From assembly GCF_009914755.1 (NCBI RefSeq), contig NC_060947.1: a stretch of DNA of 64,000 bases; one strand, 5' to 3'. The notes under the pieces were generated by a model. The model did no database searches, was not told the origin of the DNA, and worked only from the letters and a program-made list of their open reading frames with translations. This DNA comes from the human T2T-CHM13v2.0 reference genome, Homo sapiens. Positions 11,903 to 26,137 of this stretch are shown here, piece after piece; the first letter of the stretch is position 1; each line of letters opens with the position of its first letter. A program made the translations under genes and the position numbers.

Positions 11903-14166
11903 TGTATTAGTCCATTTTCACACTGCTATAAAGACTTACCTGAGACTGGGTAATTAATAAACAAAGGAAATTTAATTGACTCACAGTTCCACAGGGTGGG
12001 AAGCCTCAGAAAACTTACAATCATGAAAAAAGGTGAAGAAGCATGTCTTATACGGCAGCAGGAAAGAGAGAGAGAAGAGAGAGAGAAAGTGAAGGGGGAA
12101 AAGCCCGTTATAAAACCATCAGATCTCATGAGAACTCACTCAGTATCATGAAAACAGCATGGGGAAACCTCCATCATGATCTAATCACCTCCCACTAGGT
12201 CCTGCCCTCGACACATGAGAATTACAAGGATTACAATTCAAGATGAGATTTGAGTAGGATTTGAGTAGGAACACAGAGCCAAATCAAATAATTCTGCCCC
12301 AGCCCCTCCCAAATCTCATGTCTTTTCACATTTCAAAACCAATCATGCCTTCCGACTGTCCCCCAAAGTCTTAATTCATTTCAGCATTAACTCATAAGTC
12401 CACAGTCCAAAGTCTCATCTGAGACAATGCAAGTCCCTTCTGCCTATGAGCCTGTACAATAAAAAACAAGTTAGTTGTTTCCAAGACACAATGTGGGTAC
12501 AGGCATTGGGTAAATGTTCCCATTCCAAATGGGAAAAATTGGTCAGAACAAGGGGGCTATAGGCCCCATGCAAATCTGAAACCAGGTAGGGCAGTTGTTC
12601 TAACTTAAAGCTCTGAAATGATTTCCTTTGACTCCATGTTTCATGTCCAGGGCACACTGATGCAAGAGGTAGGCTCCCGTAGTCTTGGCCAGTTCTGCCT
12701 CTGTGGCTTTACAGGTTACAATTCCCCTCCCAGCTGATTTCACCAGTGGGCATTGAGCATCTGTGGCTTTTCCAGGTGCATAGTGCAAGCTCTTGGTGCA
12801 TCTATCATTCTGGGGTCTGGAGGACAGTGGCCCCCTTCTCACAGCTCCACTAGGCAGTGTCCCCAGTTTCAGGGCTCACACCTCACATTTCCTTTTCTCT
12901 CTGCCCCAGCAGAGGCTCTCCATGTGTGCTCCACCCCTGCAGCACACCTCTGCCTGGACATCCAGGCATTTCCATACATCCTTTGAAATCAAGGTGGAGG
13001 TTCCCAAATCTCAATTCTTGTGTTCTGCGCAACCACAAGACCAACCCCACGTGGAAGCTGCCAAGGCTTGGGGCTTGCGCTTTCTGAGGCAATGGTCTGA
13101 ACTGTATCTTGCCCCTTTTAGCCATGGCTGGAGTGGCTGGGATACAGGACACTAAGTCCTGAGACTGCACACAGCAGGGGATTCCTGGATCCAGCCTATG
13201 AAACCATTTTTCTCTCCTAGGCCTGTGATAGGAGGGGCTGCTGTGAAGGTCTTTGACATGCCCTGGAGACATTTTCCCTATTGTCTTGGTGATTAACATT
13301 TGGCTTCTCATTTTTTATGCAAATTTCTGCAGCAAGCTTGAACTTCTCTTCATAAAATGTGTTTTTCTTTTCTATTGCATCGTCAGGCTGCAAATTTTCC
13401 AAACTTTTATGCTCTGCTTCCATTTTAAACATAAATTCCAATTTCAGATAATCTATCTCAAATTCAAAGTTTTGCAGATCTCTAGGGCAAAGGCAACATG
13501 CTGCCAGTCTCTTTGCTAAAGCATAGAAAGAGTAACCTTTGCTCCAGTTCCCAAGAAGTTCCTCATCTCCATCTGAGACCACTTCGGCCTGGACTTCATT
13601 GTCCATAGCATTATCAGCATTTTGGTCAAAGCCATTCAACAAGTCTCTAGGAAGTTCCAAACTTTCCCACATCTTCCTGTCTTCTTCAAAGCTCTTCAAA
13701 CTGTTCCAACCTCTGCCCATTACCCAGTTCCAAAGTTGCTTCCACATTTTCTGGTATCCCTATAGCAGTGCCCCATTCTACCGGTACAAATTTACTATGT
13801 TACTCCATCTTCACTCTACTATAAAGACATACACAAGAGTGGGTGATTTATAAAGAAAAGAGGTTTAATTGACTCACAGTTCCACAGGGCTGGGGAGGCC
13901 TCAGGAAACCTACAATCTTAGTAGAAGGGGAAGAGGCATGTCTTACATGGCAGCAGGCAAGAGACAGTGAATGACTCAAGGGGGAAGAGCCCCTTATAAA
14001 ACCATCAGATCTCATGAGAATTCATTCAGTATCATGAGAACAGCATGGAGGAAACTGCCCCCATATCTAATCACCTTCCACCAGGTCCCTCCCTCAACAC
14101 GTGGGGATTTTGGGAATTAAAATTTGAGGCGCAATTTTGGTGGTGACACAGAGGCAAACTATATCA
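11903..14166 (-). mobile_element. Full-length THE1 (THE1C/D-like) MaLR element: LTR 11903-12291, internal 12292-13795, LTR 13796-14166
   Basis: Two similar ~370-390 bp LTRs in reverse orientation around THE1-int; ORF 13217..13747 (MWKQLWNWVMGRGWNSL...) is the typical MaLR-int ORF. Confidence 0.93.
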
Positions 14167-14691
14167 TGAGCCAAAGTACGTATTGTCACCAAACTTGATT
14201 TTTCTCATCCATGAAATGGTGCTAATAGTAACCATCTTATAAGTTACCTAAAAGCCAGGCCTACATCAGAAAATTTGGGGTGATAGTGAAGGGTTTATGA
14301 CAAAATAAAATTCAGGACAATTTTAGAAACTAAAAGAGATTGATTCATATCTTTTTGACCTCCCACATCTTTCTCTCACCTCTCCTAACATGACTTCCTA
14401 GCCTCCAGTCATTGTGACAACACATAAGACCTTCAAACAAATATCTCAATTTCCATATCTCATAAATAGTATTTATTGCCTTTCTCATGTATCATTTTTT
14501 TCCTTCAAGGGGAGAAACATTTTTCAAAAATGCCTAGATAATAAAGGGTCAGATGGTATAACTGAAACATACATTTCATCAAAAGCTGAGTCAATCAGTA
14601 ATGATGACACTCGGACTGCTCTTTGAAATTTATGCAGTTTTTCTCACAATCATCTCTTCATTTTATTCTGTGTCTCTGTCTCAGTTACTGT

Positions 14692-14705
14692 TTCTCTCTC
14701 TCTTC

Positions 14706-14770
<65 letters not shown>

Positions 14771-14775
14771 CGAGA

Positions 14776-14808
<33 letters not shown>
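14692..14808. repeat. Compound (CT)n(AC)24(GA)n microsatellite
   Basis: Direct reading; AC run 14721-14768. Confidence 0.95.
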
Positions 14809-14811
14809 TTA

Positions 14812-15410
<599 letters not shown>

Positions 15411-15735
15411 ATGATCACACTTATAACAAGTCCCAGGAGTTGCCTAAATTTATCTTCTTAATGACAGGACCTAGACTAGAATCTAGGAGATCTGACTCCT
15501 AATTTAGCAGATCTTCTGCAAATAGCTATTGCTGGGTTTTCATATTTAAAAAAAAACGTGTCTCTGCTGGTTTCCTATAGCAACTAAACATCGACTGCAT
15601 TTTCTTCATTTGTTCAAATACTTAGAAACATACCAAGATTACACAATATCAAACTAATCAGTGTAACAGTGACATATTCAGTACCCCAGTATGTGGCATT
15701 ATTATTATGGTAACAATTTGAATTTTTTGTTATAG

Positions 15736-16072
15736 AGATGCCATTACAGTCATTAACTATGATGCCAAAGGAACAGCACTACCCACATGAGAAATCTTTG
15801 TAGAACCTTATTCTAAAAGGATGGAAAAAGAAATTCTGTCATCAAAGGAAACATACGAACAGTGTCTCAGGCAGTACAACATCACAAACTAAAAGCTGAA
15901 TTGAGAATTTGGATATATTTATAAATGCTTAAGTATATTAACTGTGCAAATATTCTCTATAAAAGGGAAAAGAAAACAGAATTGTAATGACTGCTTCAAT
16001 GCTATTTGGAGAACAAATCAGCACATTGCACATTTGAAAATAAAAGGCTTGCATAAGAAGTACAGGCTGCAG
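15736..16072 (+). pseudogene. Gene A exon candidate 3
   Basis: ttttttgttatAG / CAG|GTCAGT; phase 2-0; DAITVINYDAKGTALPT*EIFVEPYSKRMEKEILSSKETYEQCLRQYNITN*KLN*EFGYIYKCL...CNDCFNAIWRTNQHIAHLKIKGLHKKYRLQ; 3 stops in 112 codons. Confidence 0.55.
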
Positions 16073-16904
16073 GTCAGTGTACTTAAAAATAAAATATATC
16101 TCTACTGGGTCATTCTCATTATCAAAGATCAATCATTGAATAATGTTAACTGAGATAATGTTGAAAGAGAGTCATGGCTATTGCCAATGAGTATAGAATT
16201 CTTCCTTTTTAAATTCATATCAAGATTTAGCCAATTTTATAAAATATTAAGACTTAAAAATGAATTTATTTCAAAGAATTTTATTAAATTATTTGTATAC
16301 TTTATTAAAGGAATTATAAATATTTCTAAATAATATTAAGAAATCAACACTAGTAATCACTCTCCCCGGTCCCCTGCAAAATTCTCAGATTTATCCATAT
16401 TGCTGACTGGCCAAAGTAAGAATCTAAGACAACTGAAACTTTGCTGAGGTAACAGAGGAATTTCAGAAAATTTTATTCATAACCTCAGGGTACCCAAACT
16501 CCTTACTTTACTTATACTGATTTAAAATCTGCTAGAATAATTTTCCTCAAAGTGCCTTCTAATTGGAGCAAATTGCAAATCCTTCCACACAATTATCCTA
16601 CCACTAACTCTAATGCCCATCAAACACTCTGTTTACTTACCTGTCCTCTGATCCCATGCTAAATCCAATCTCCCAGGGTTAAGCCATTTGATAGGGGCCA
16701 GGAGAATGGCTTCATTTTTCATTTGATAAACACTCCACTAGGTGCTGAAAACACATTGACAAAGCAAATGTCCTCTGCTCATGAGGGGCATAGAGCCTAA
16801 ACGGAGTAGGACCTACATGAAGTTGTGAAATTGTGTAAAGGTTATATGTTGTGGGGTCTTAACAGAAAGGAGAACCTTATTCTACAAAGATGGAAAAAGC
16901 ATGG

Positions 16905-17800
16905 CTTTGGTAAGGGTCCCTGGGAAACAGACCCAGAGAGAGAGATTAGTGTGCGATAGATTTATCTATTGGGCATGCTCTCAGAAGCAACATCTATGGG
17001 CAAGGAAATAACGTAGATTTAGGAAGAGGAAGAGCCTCAGTCAAGGAAGTAACAAGAGAAATACAAGTGGATTATCTGGGTGTCAAATGTATTCTCTCAG
17101 CTCCATTGTGAAACAGCAGCCCTATCTCCTCCTGATGATCAATGCCAACAGTTCCTGTTGGAAGTGATGTATTTCTGTACCTGATGCGGTCTTTTGGAAC
17201 ACTGAACCTCAAGTGAGAGGGAGAAAGCCATAGCTCAAATTTGATGAGACCCTTGATGTGTCCCCTGGTGAAAGCATCCCCCCTTTAGGAATTAAGACTG
17301 CTAAACCTGAAGGTCCCAGAGCTGTGGTAACAGGAAGGAAAAATTCTATGAGTGGGTCACTGGGAATTATGATGAGTGAGAACTTATAGGACTTGTTTCC
17401 TAGACTCACGCATTTTACTACTGGGAGCAAAGCTCAATATGACTACCTTAATTTAGAGTAGATTCTGTGTCCTTGAGGATGGTGTCCTGTCCCAGTGGGG
17501 TATCATCTCTAAGCTGGCACCTCTGCCATGTTTTTAATTGGTTATTTTATCATTCTCAGATCAGCAGCATCTTGGTCATGTGATATGTGATAGGAACAGT
17601 AGCTCTCATGATTACATGCTCACTGCTGAACCTCCTTCACTATGAAGGAAGTTGCTTGGTCTAATGTTCTTACCTCACAGGCTAAGAAACTAAGGTGAGA
17701 GCTCTGCTCACTACCAGATGTGTCTACTCCAATCACATATTCATGGACTCAGGAAATAACCCTCCTGGAGTGAGGAAGAGGAGATTTCAGGGAGAAGGGA
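16905..17800 (-). mobile_element. ERVL remnant (LTR16-like LTR piece plus internal integrase/dUTPase fragment)
   Basis: ORF 17209..17430 IIPSDPLIEFFLPVTTALGPSGLAVLIPKGGMLSPGDT resembles ERVL 'ITPSDPLAKFLLPVPATL...VPEGGTLPPGDT'. Confidence 0.65.
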
Positions 17801-18311
17801 AAGTATGAAAGATGCATAATTTCCTAAAGTCCCTAATGGTTTAGGATAATTGCAAGGATGTCGGTAGGGTGGAGCATAATATTTTTGGGCTAGGGGAAAA
17901 CTGAAGTAAGAGGTAGGAGGGGGCAGGTAAGGTAGACAATTGAATCCCATGCTAATCAGTGTAGATATTACTTTAAATACCAAAATACTGTAATAGAATT
18001 TATATTTTCTAAAACTTTACTCTGTGAAAGTGTGGAAGTTAGATTGGAGAAGACTTAATATATGTATGTAGTAATAGTTGGGGTGTAAGAAAAACAGAAT
18101 CGTCAAAGATCTCTCTAGGTTTTCAGCCTGAGAAACCAGAAGAATAGACTTACAATTAACTGAGATGGGAAAACTGCAGAAGAGGGCTTGTCTGGGGAAG
18201 ATGAGCAATTCAACTGGGCATTAGATATCTAAGTGGAGATGTCAAGGTGGCAGTTTTCCATAGAAAAAATGGAGTTCAAGGGAGGGCCCCAGGATGGCAA
18301 CATAAACTTGG

Positions 18312-18674
18312 ATGGTTTGGCTGTGTGCCCACCCAAATCTCATCTTGAATTGTAGTTCTCATAATTCTCATGTGTCATGAGAGGGACTCGGTGGCAGGTA
18401 ATTGAATCATGGGGGTGGGTCTTTCCCATGCTATTCCTGTGATAGTAAGTAAGTCTCATGAGATCTTATGATTTTATAAAAGGGGAATTCCCCTGTACAC
18501 GCTCTCTCTTGCCTTCCACCATGTAAGACATCCCTTTGATCTTCCTTTTTCTTCTGCCATAATTGTGAGGCCTCCCCAGCCATGTGTACCTGTGAGTTCA
18601 TTAAACCTCTTTCCTTTATAAATTACCCAGTCTCAGGTATGTCTTTATTAGCAGCATGAGAACAGACCAATACA
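18312..18674 (+). mobile_element. THE1B solo LTR
   Basis: atggtttggctgtgtgcccacccaaatctcatcttg...aacagaccaataca; perfect 5-bp TSD cttgg (18307-18311, 18675-18679). Confidence 0.92.
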
Positions 18675-18708
18675 CTTGGGAACCATCAACACATAAATGG
18701 AATATTAA

Positions 18709-20100
18709 TACTGGTACCAAAACAGATATATAGACCAATGGAACAGAACATAGGCCTTAGAAATAACGCAATAATGTCACACATCTACAACCATCAGATC
18801 TTTGACAAACCCGACAAAAACAAGCAATGGGGAAAAAAATTCCCTATTTAATGAATGGTGTTGGGAAAACCGGCTAGCCATATGCAGAAAACTGAAACTG
18901 GACCCCTTCCTTACACTTTATGCAAAAATTAACTCAAGATAGATGAAAGACTTAAATGTAAGACCTAAAACCACAAAAACTCTACAAGAAAACCTAGGCA
19001 ATGCCATTCAGATCACAGGCATGGCCAAAGACTTCATGACTAAAACCAAAAGCAATGACAACAAAAGCCAAAATGGACAAATGCGATCTAATTAAACTAC
19101 AGAACTTCTGCATAGCAAAAGAAACCATCATCAGAGATCAGAGTGAAAGGGAAACCTACAGAAAGGGGGAACATTTTTGCAATCTATCCAACTGACAAAG
19201 CACTAACATCCAGAATCTACATGGAACTTAAACAAATTTACAAGAAAAAAACAAACAACCCCATCAAAAAGTGGGGGAAGGATATGAACACACACTTTTC
19301 AAAAGACGACATTTATGCAGCAAACAAACATATGAAGAAAAGCTCATCATCACTGGTCATTAGAGAAATGCAAATCAAAACTACAATGAGATACCATCTC
19401 ACGCCAGTTAGAATGGTGATCATTAAAAACTCAGGAAACAACAGATGCTGGAGAGGATGTGGAGAAACAGGAATGCTTTTAGACTGTTGGTGGGAGTGTA
19501 AATTAGTTCAACCATTGTGGAAGACAGTGTGGCGATTTCTCGAGGATCTAGAACCAGAAATACCATTTGACCCAGCAATCCATTACTGGGTATATACCCA
19601 AAGGATTATAAATTATTCTACTATAAAGACACATGCACACATATGTTTGTTGCAGCACTGTTCACAATAGCAAAGACTTGGAACCAACCCAAATGCCCAT
19701 CAATGATAGACTTGATAAAGAAAATGTGGCACATATACACCATGGAATACTATGCAGCCATAAGAAAGGATGAGTTCATGTCCTTCGCAGGAACGTGGAT
19801 GAAACTGGAAACCATCATTCTCAGCAAACTGACACAGGAACAGAAAACCAAACACCGCATGTTCTCACTCATAAGCGGAATTTGAACAATAAGAGCACAT
19901 GGACACAGGGAGGGGAACATCACACATGCGGGCCTGTCAGGGGGTGGGGGTCTAGGGGAGGGATGCCATTAGGAGAAATACCTAACGTAGATGATGGGTT
20001 GATGGGAGCAGCAAACCACCATGGCACTTTTATACCTATGTAACAAACGTGCACGTTCTGCACATGTATCCCCAAAACTTAGAGTGTAATTTTTAAAAAG
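18709..20100 (+). mobile_element. 5'-truncated L1PA7/8-like LINE-1
   Basis: ORF2 C-terminus ([32 protein letters not shown]) and L1PA 3'UTR gatgatgggttgatgggagcagcaaaccaccatggcac. Confidence 0.9.
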
Positions 20101-21010
20101 ACAGAAAAATATATCCAGTAGAGTGAGAGTCAGTGACAGAAAAAGAGGGTCCAAGACTGAGCCTGGTATTTTCCAAATTTCAGAAGTCACAGGAATGAGG
20201 AACAATCCGGAGACTAACAAGGTGCAGTCAGTGAGAGGGAGCAGGAAGACTTGGTCCTGGAAGCCAAGTGAATAAAGTGTTTCTGAGAGAAAGGAGTAAT
20301 CAGCTGTGGGAAATGCTGCTGAATCAGCCTAGTGAGTTGAGAAATGAGGACTGAACATTGGATTTAGCAATGAAGATGGCATTGGTGATCTTAACCAAGA
20401 GAGCTTTTGGCAGAGGAGCAGAGGCAAGATTCTAGATTCAAGGTAGAATGATAGGAGAGGAATTCAAGACAGGCTATCGAGACATCTCTTCTAAAGATCT
20501 CTGCAGTAAAGCAGGACAGAGAAATACGATGGTAGATAGCTAATCAGGGTGTGATCCAAAGGTTAAGAGAAATGTTTCTTGGTTTGGGTCCTTTTGTTTT
20601 GTTTAGTTAGATTTTTTTTTAATGGATAGGTAAAATAGCAGCATAGCTGTCTTCCAAATTGAAATATCTAGTAGGAAAGGTCATTATGCTGCAGCAATAT
20701 CTTCATGTTAGTAGGTCAGAGTGTTTGGGATCTAATGAAAGAAGTATACAGGCTGGCCTTTAGATAGAAACACAGCTAATGCATAGTTACAGCAGAACAG
20801 ACAGTGACTACGACCACATATATAAATAGATGAAGAGATGTAGCTCTGGAAGTCTGTGGAAGTCTCTTCTAATTGCTTCTATTTTCTCAGTGAATTAAGA
20901 AACACGATTGTTTGTTTTCTTAAGTGTTTGCTTGCTTATTTTCTGAACCTCTGTGCATACTGCCTTAATCCATTCACCCTGCCAGCCTCTAATTACCTTT
21001 TTTACTATAT

Positions 21011-21339
21011 CTGAAAATTCCCTGGTGACTAGAGGTCTCTGCAGTCAATGACACCTATGGAGATGGAATGCAAGAAGTGGCCAAATATACCAATTGATAT
21101 TGTGGAGCTGAGTTCAGTCTGCAATACATGACCCAGAATTTTCAGGACAATTGTACTTCTCTAGTTGGAACTTTAGATGGAGTATGATATTTGATCCAAT
21201 TCTATGACATTTCTCCTTATATCTTGCTCTTCTAGCTTCACTGCAGTATTTAATGCATTGACCTTGGGCTATAAGAGTCTGTCCAGTGCTCAGGGTCCAC
21301 ATTAAACAAGAACCTACACTGCCTGCTTTCATCTTCAAG
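21011..21339 (+). pseudogene. Gene A exon candidate 4
   Basis: Both splice sites need one substitution (tttttactatAT; AG|ATAAGA); phase 0-2; LKIPW*LEVSAVNDTYGDGMQEVAKYTN*YCGAEFSLQYMTQNFQDNC...LNKNLHCLLSSSR; 6 stops. Confidence 0.45.
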
Positions 21340-21384
21340 ATAAGAGAAATACTCGTAGAGGCAGAGGATGTAAAAGGCTTAGAG

Positions 21385-21553
21385 CAGTAGTTTTCAAACT
21401 TGGCTGATCATTGCACTCATCCGGGTTACTGTTTGAAAAATATACACTCCAGGGCCTCTCACTTAAACTTGGATTAAAGCAAACCCAGGGTGGAACATAG
21501 ATATGCTAATTACCTAAATTCATGAAATCTCAGTGGACTCATCAGTAACACTG
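21385..21553. mobile_element. MER5-like hAT DNA transposon
   Basis: cagtagttttcaaacttggctg...aacactg terminal inverted ends. Confidence 0.55.
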
Positions 21554-21629
21554 GAAATGAAAATATCCTTTTTATTTCTAGTACAGTGCCTGAAATACTG
21601 CAGACGTGCAAAAAATTGCTTAAAAATTG

Positions 21630-22050
21630 CTATCTCATTCCCCTTACTACACCTCTCCCAGAGCATACCTAAGCTTCTCCCTATTTTGTCTTTCAGAGGA
21701 AAGAGACTTTATTTTAGTAAACAGATTGCAAACTGGGGCGACACAACCTTCAGCATCAAGGGAAAGTGCATTCTATGAAACAAAGGAAGGTTTTGGCATT
21801 TATAGAATTCTCACTCAGGTCATCTTATGCAAATACAGGATTCAAACTTGCTTGGTTCTGATTGGTTGATGCAGCTGAGTTCTGATTGGTTAAAGCAGGC
21901 TACAGCCTATTATTGGGTGATTCAAGTGGCATAGACAAGAACAGTCAGTTATGAAAGTCCCAAAGTCAAGCAGACATGTAGGTTTTCCAGAAATTCAGAG
22001 TATGTGTGTAACTTGTAGTCTGCAAATGACCACTTGGTTCTATTTTATTT
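21630..22050 (-). mobile_element. ERV1-class LTR fragment (subfamily uncertain)
   Basis: Repeated ctgattggtt CCAAT-type motifs; LTR-like composition. Confidence 0.5.
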
Positions 22051-22064
22051 CATTATTTTTTAAT

Positions 22065-23635
22065 TTTTTAAAAATAATTTTATCTTTTATTTTAAATTCA
22101 GGAGGTACACATGCAGGTCTGCTACCTAGGTATATCGTGTGATGCTGAGGCTTGGAGTATGATTGTTTCTGCCACCCAGGTACTTATTTTTTCAAATGTT
22201 GTAAAACATACATTATACATAACAAAAAGTTTACCATTTTAAGTATATTTATGTGTACATTTCAGTGGCATTTAGTACAGTCATGCTGTTGTGCAACCTC
22301 TACCCTATGTTTTAAAATAAATACTGTTTCAGAATACTTAAATTCACAGAAAAGTTGCACAGTTAGTACAGATTTTGCCCACACTTCTTACCTATTGTCC
22401 CCTATTATTAACATCTTACAGTATAATGGGACATTTGTCAAATCCAAGAAACCAACATTGATTCTAGACCTTGTACATTTTTCATTTGTTTTCCATTTAA
22501 AGTTATTTTTCTGTTTCTGGATCCAGCCCAAGACACCTCTTTCCCTCCCTATTTTTTTTTCTTGCCAGTGCCACAGAGATTATTTTTATAAAAAATTTTA
22601 ACCATTTTATTGAGGTATGATTGACATAAAAATCTGCACAGAATTAATGTATGCAACTTGATGACTTTGGGTATAAGTATATACCCATACAACCATCACC
22701 ATAATCTATGCCATAAACATATTCATCTACTCCAAAATTTCCTATTGCCCTTTTTATTATAATTATTTATTATTCGTGATAAGAATATTTCACAATTTTT
22801 AAAATATATAGTACAGTATTGTTAACTGTAGACCCTAGGCTGTACAGTGGAGCTCTAGAGCTTATTCATCTCACATAACTGAAACTTTGCACCTTTTGAC
22901 TGATACCTGTCTGTTTTCCCCTTTTGTCAGCCATTAACAACCATCATCCTACTCTCTGTTCCTATGACTGTTAGAATCCTCATTTAAGTGATATCATGTA
23001 GTACTTGTCTTTCTGATTTATTTCACTTAGCATCATGTCTTCCAATTCATTTATGTTGTTGCAAATGACAGGATTTCCTTTTCGGAGTGGAAATAATATT
23101 CTACTGTATGTATAGACCAAATGTTCTTTATCAGTTCATCCATCGATGGGTACTTACGTTGCTTCCACAACTTGGCCATTTGTGAATACTGCTGGAACGA
23201 GCGTGGGAGAGCAGATACCTCTTTGACATATTGATTTCCATTTCTTTGGATATATACCCAGAAGTGGGATTGCTAGACCATGTGGCATTTTTAATTTTTA
23301 GAGGAATCTCCATACTGTTTCCCAGAGTGACTGCACCAATTTATATACCACCCAAGGTGTAAAAGCGTTCTCTTTTCTTCACATCTTCACCAATGCTCTT
23401 TTTAAAAAATAATAGCCATTCTAACAGATATGAAGTTATACCTCCTCATGGTTTCGATTTGCATTTTTCTGATGATGAGTAATGAGCATTTTTTGATATA
23501 CCTGCTGGCTATTTGTACGTCTTTTTTGAGAAATGTCTATTCAGGATCTTTGCCCATTTCTTAATCAGGTTGTTTGTTTTGTTGCTATTGGGTCATTTGA
23601 ATTCATTATATAGTTTGAATATTAACTACCCCGTC
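22065..23635 (-). mobile_element. Cluster of L1 3'-end fragments (L1PA15/16, L1MB/MC, L1MA8/9-like)
   Basis: Several antisense L1 3'UTR starts (22085, 22198, 22608) and ORF2-end motifs to ~23635. Confidence 0.75.
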
Positions 23636-24024
23636 CCTTTTTTGAAGAAAATTATAACTTTCTAGCAAAGGTTTTCTAAAATTATTACATTTTAAACATC
23701 TAACCACATGCTTTACTTTTCTATTAACAAATTTATTTTTTTCTCTTTTTTGTATATTAGAGTAGAAACAACTCATTCTTACAGGCACCAAGAAAAAATA
23801 TTCTCTCTTGTGGATAAGCAATGTGCTCTACAGATGTCATAGGAGCTGCTCTGCCAGCCATTGTGGTAGCTGTATAGACAGCTTCCAAACCTTCACTTCA
23901 GCTTATAGAGAGGGAGCAAGGAATGTTGTTTACAAAGCTACATTACATAAAAGATACTTGGCATTACAAACATATCAGCCCTGATCCTTACTTAGCATGA
24001 TTTATCAAGCTCAAGCTCATAAGG

Positions 24025-25850
24025 TGATCATTTATACATTCAATATTTATTGTGACCCTACTATATGCGGATATTTTGGAAGGCACTTGAAACACAAAGA
24101 CAAATGAGACGGTATTGGTGCTGTCAATGAATGCAGTCTAACGGAGAAGTCAAACATGTACCAAATGCTATGATAATGCACTGTAATGAAGGCTTGCATT
24201 GACGTAAATGTATATTACAATCACTAAGATGAGGCCAAATGAGGCTTTTCCTAAAAGAGATGAAGGTTAAGTTGAAAAAAAAGAAAAGATATATTAGCAA
24301 GGATAGGGAGAGAAAGTGTTACAAGTAAACATGAATAAAGGAACAGAGACATGAGAAAATGAGGCAAACCGTGGTCCTTTAAGAAGCTCTATATGGCTAA
24401 TGTGTCAGTGTGTGTATGGAGAGGGATGGTGCATGTTTACAAAGATTGAGACTGGTGACAGAGGAAAAACTGAATATGATATGAAATGTTCATGAATTTA
24501 GACTTGATTCTGAATGAGAGGTAGAGTCATTGAAAAAGTGATCAACTTCTTATTTCTACTAAACTGTACTTGTATCAGGTGTTCATTATGAAATGAAGGC
24601 TTGGCTAGTAAGTGGCAGAGCTGGAACCTGAATCAATTTTGCTAGATAAGAAAGCATATGCTTTATATGCACCTTGAGTACCACCTATAATTCCTCAAAG
24701 AACAGCTCTCCTTTCCACATGACCACAGCTCTGCTGGGCAAAAGACTTTGTAGTCATCTTTGACATCTGTTTGCATTTCATCTTTCTCCCAATTGTCACC
24801 CATTCCTACCATTTCTCTTTCCTTTCCTTTTTAAGTGTGATCACAGCTATCTTGGACCTTCTAATGCACACTGAATTTAATATATTAGCTACCTGCTTGG
24901 CCACACTTATTGCAGTCCCTACAGTCCTGGAAATGACTTATAATCCAATAATCCAGTCATTTCAAATACTGGTATAATCACGCAATTGAAGATACATCTA
25001 TGCCTTCACTTCTTCAAGATCCTCTAAGAGATAGATGTGTACTATAACAAAGCCCGATTTCTATCCCTTTTACATGTTACCTGTAGTGTATTTCTTTTAC
25101 AAACATGTTTCCCTTTAACCCCCCCAAATAAAAATTTGATTGCAGTAATGTCAGAAGTCTCCCTGGCCTCTGTATTAGGCATACTCAGTCTTTCCTTTGT
25201 GCCTTTACCCACATTATCCCTGCCACTTGGGGGATGACCTCGTCTCCCACCTATTCACTAATTAAAAAATCACAGGTCATTTTCAGATCAGCTATTTTAT
25301 CTTTTCTATAATGTGGTCCTGTCAGCTACTATGAGACACCAAGATCTCTCCTACAAGGGATTCTTATTAAACTTTTAAGACTTAATTGTTCTCTACATCT
25401 GTTTATCTTTTCCTTTTTGAGATCTGTTATAAATATTTTAGTTTAGATCTAATTACATCATACCTGCATTATTACAATAGTATGCTGACTGGCTTCCTTG
25501 ATACTAGTTTCTCTTTTATAATTTTACCATGTATACTGTTAACAGACTAGACTTCATCAAAAATAATTACTCATTCCAGGTTAAATTTCAAAGCCCTTCA
25601 CTGAGCATCCATGACTGTTTATTACCCAACTATATCTTCCAGTATTTCTCTGTATGAAGCCAGTGTTCAAGCCCAAGCAATATGCTTTTTGCTCTATAGA
25701 TATTTCAAGCCCAGGTCTACTTTATATATTTTCTTATGTAGTTCTTTCAGCCTGCAATGTCTTTCTTTTCTCTTCTCTGTTTGGCAGATATTTTTATGAC
25801 TTTTAGACCTCCCACTCCTCTTGAATTTAACACCCCTAATTTTGCTCACT
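24025..25850. mobile_element. L2/MIR fragments (both orientations)
   Basis: cattcaatatttattgtgaccctactatatg L2 tail on -; pyrimidine-rich L2 pieces on +. Confidence 0.5.
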
Positions 25851-26050
25851 GTATCACCTAGGGTTTTAGTTGCAAGCAACCAACATGGTTCTAGTTACTT
25901 AAGAAGAAAATAAACTGAATTAAAGAATATTGGATCATTCACAGAATCGTCTGGAGGTAGGTAGGATGGGACTAAAGGTTAAGCCTTTAGGAATAATGCC
26001 TAAGGCCAGGCTACAATGCTAGATTGATTTAGAAAGAACAGAAAGAAAAA

Positions 26051-26137
<87 letters not shown>

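Larger units (their letters stand above)
18060..20900 (-). mobile_element. L2 fragment interrupted by THE1B and L1PA
   Basis: Purine-rich antisense L2 motifs (aagtggagatgtcaaggtggcag; ggaagccaagtgaataaagtgtttc) on both sides of the younger inserts. Confidence 0.65.

Noticed and set aside
12415-13853. Cluster of overlapping ORFs
   Set aside because: All lie within THE1-int and are expected from its composition.
15795-21040. EPYSKRME...IPW*LEV resembling the Y-x-K...R-x-E spacing of Rep_trans-type initiators
   Set aside because: The motifs are too short and one residue is a repaired stop; not supportable without a profile search.
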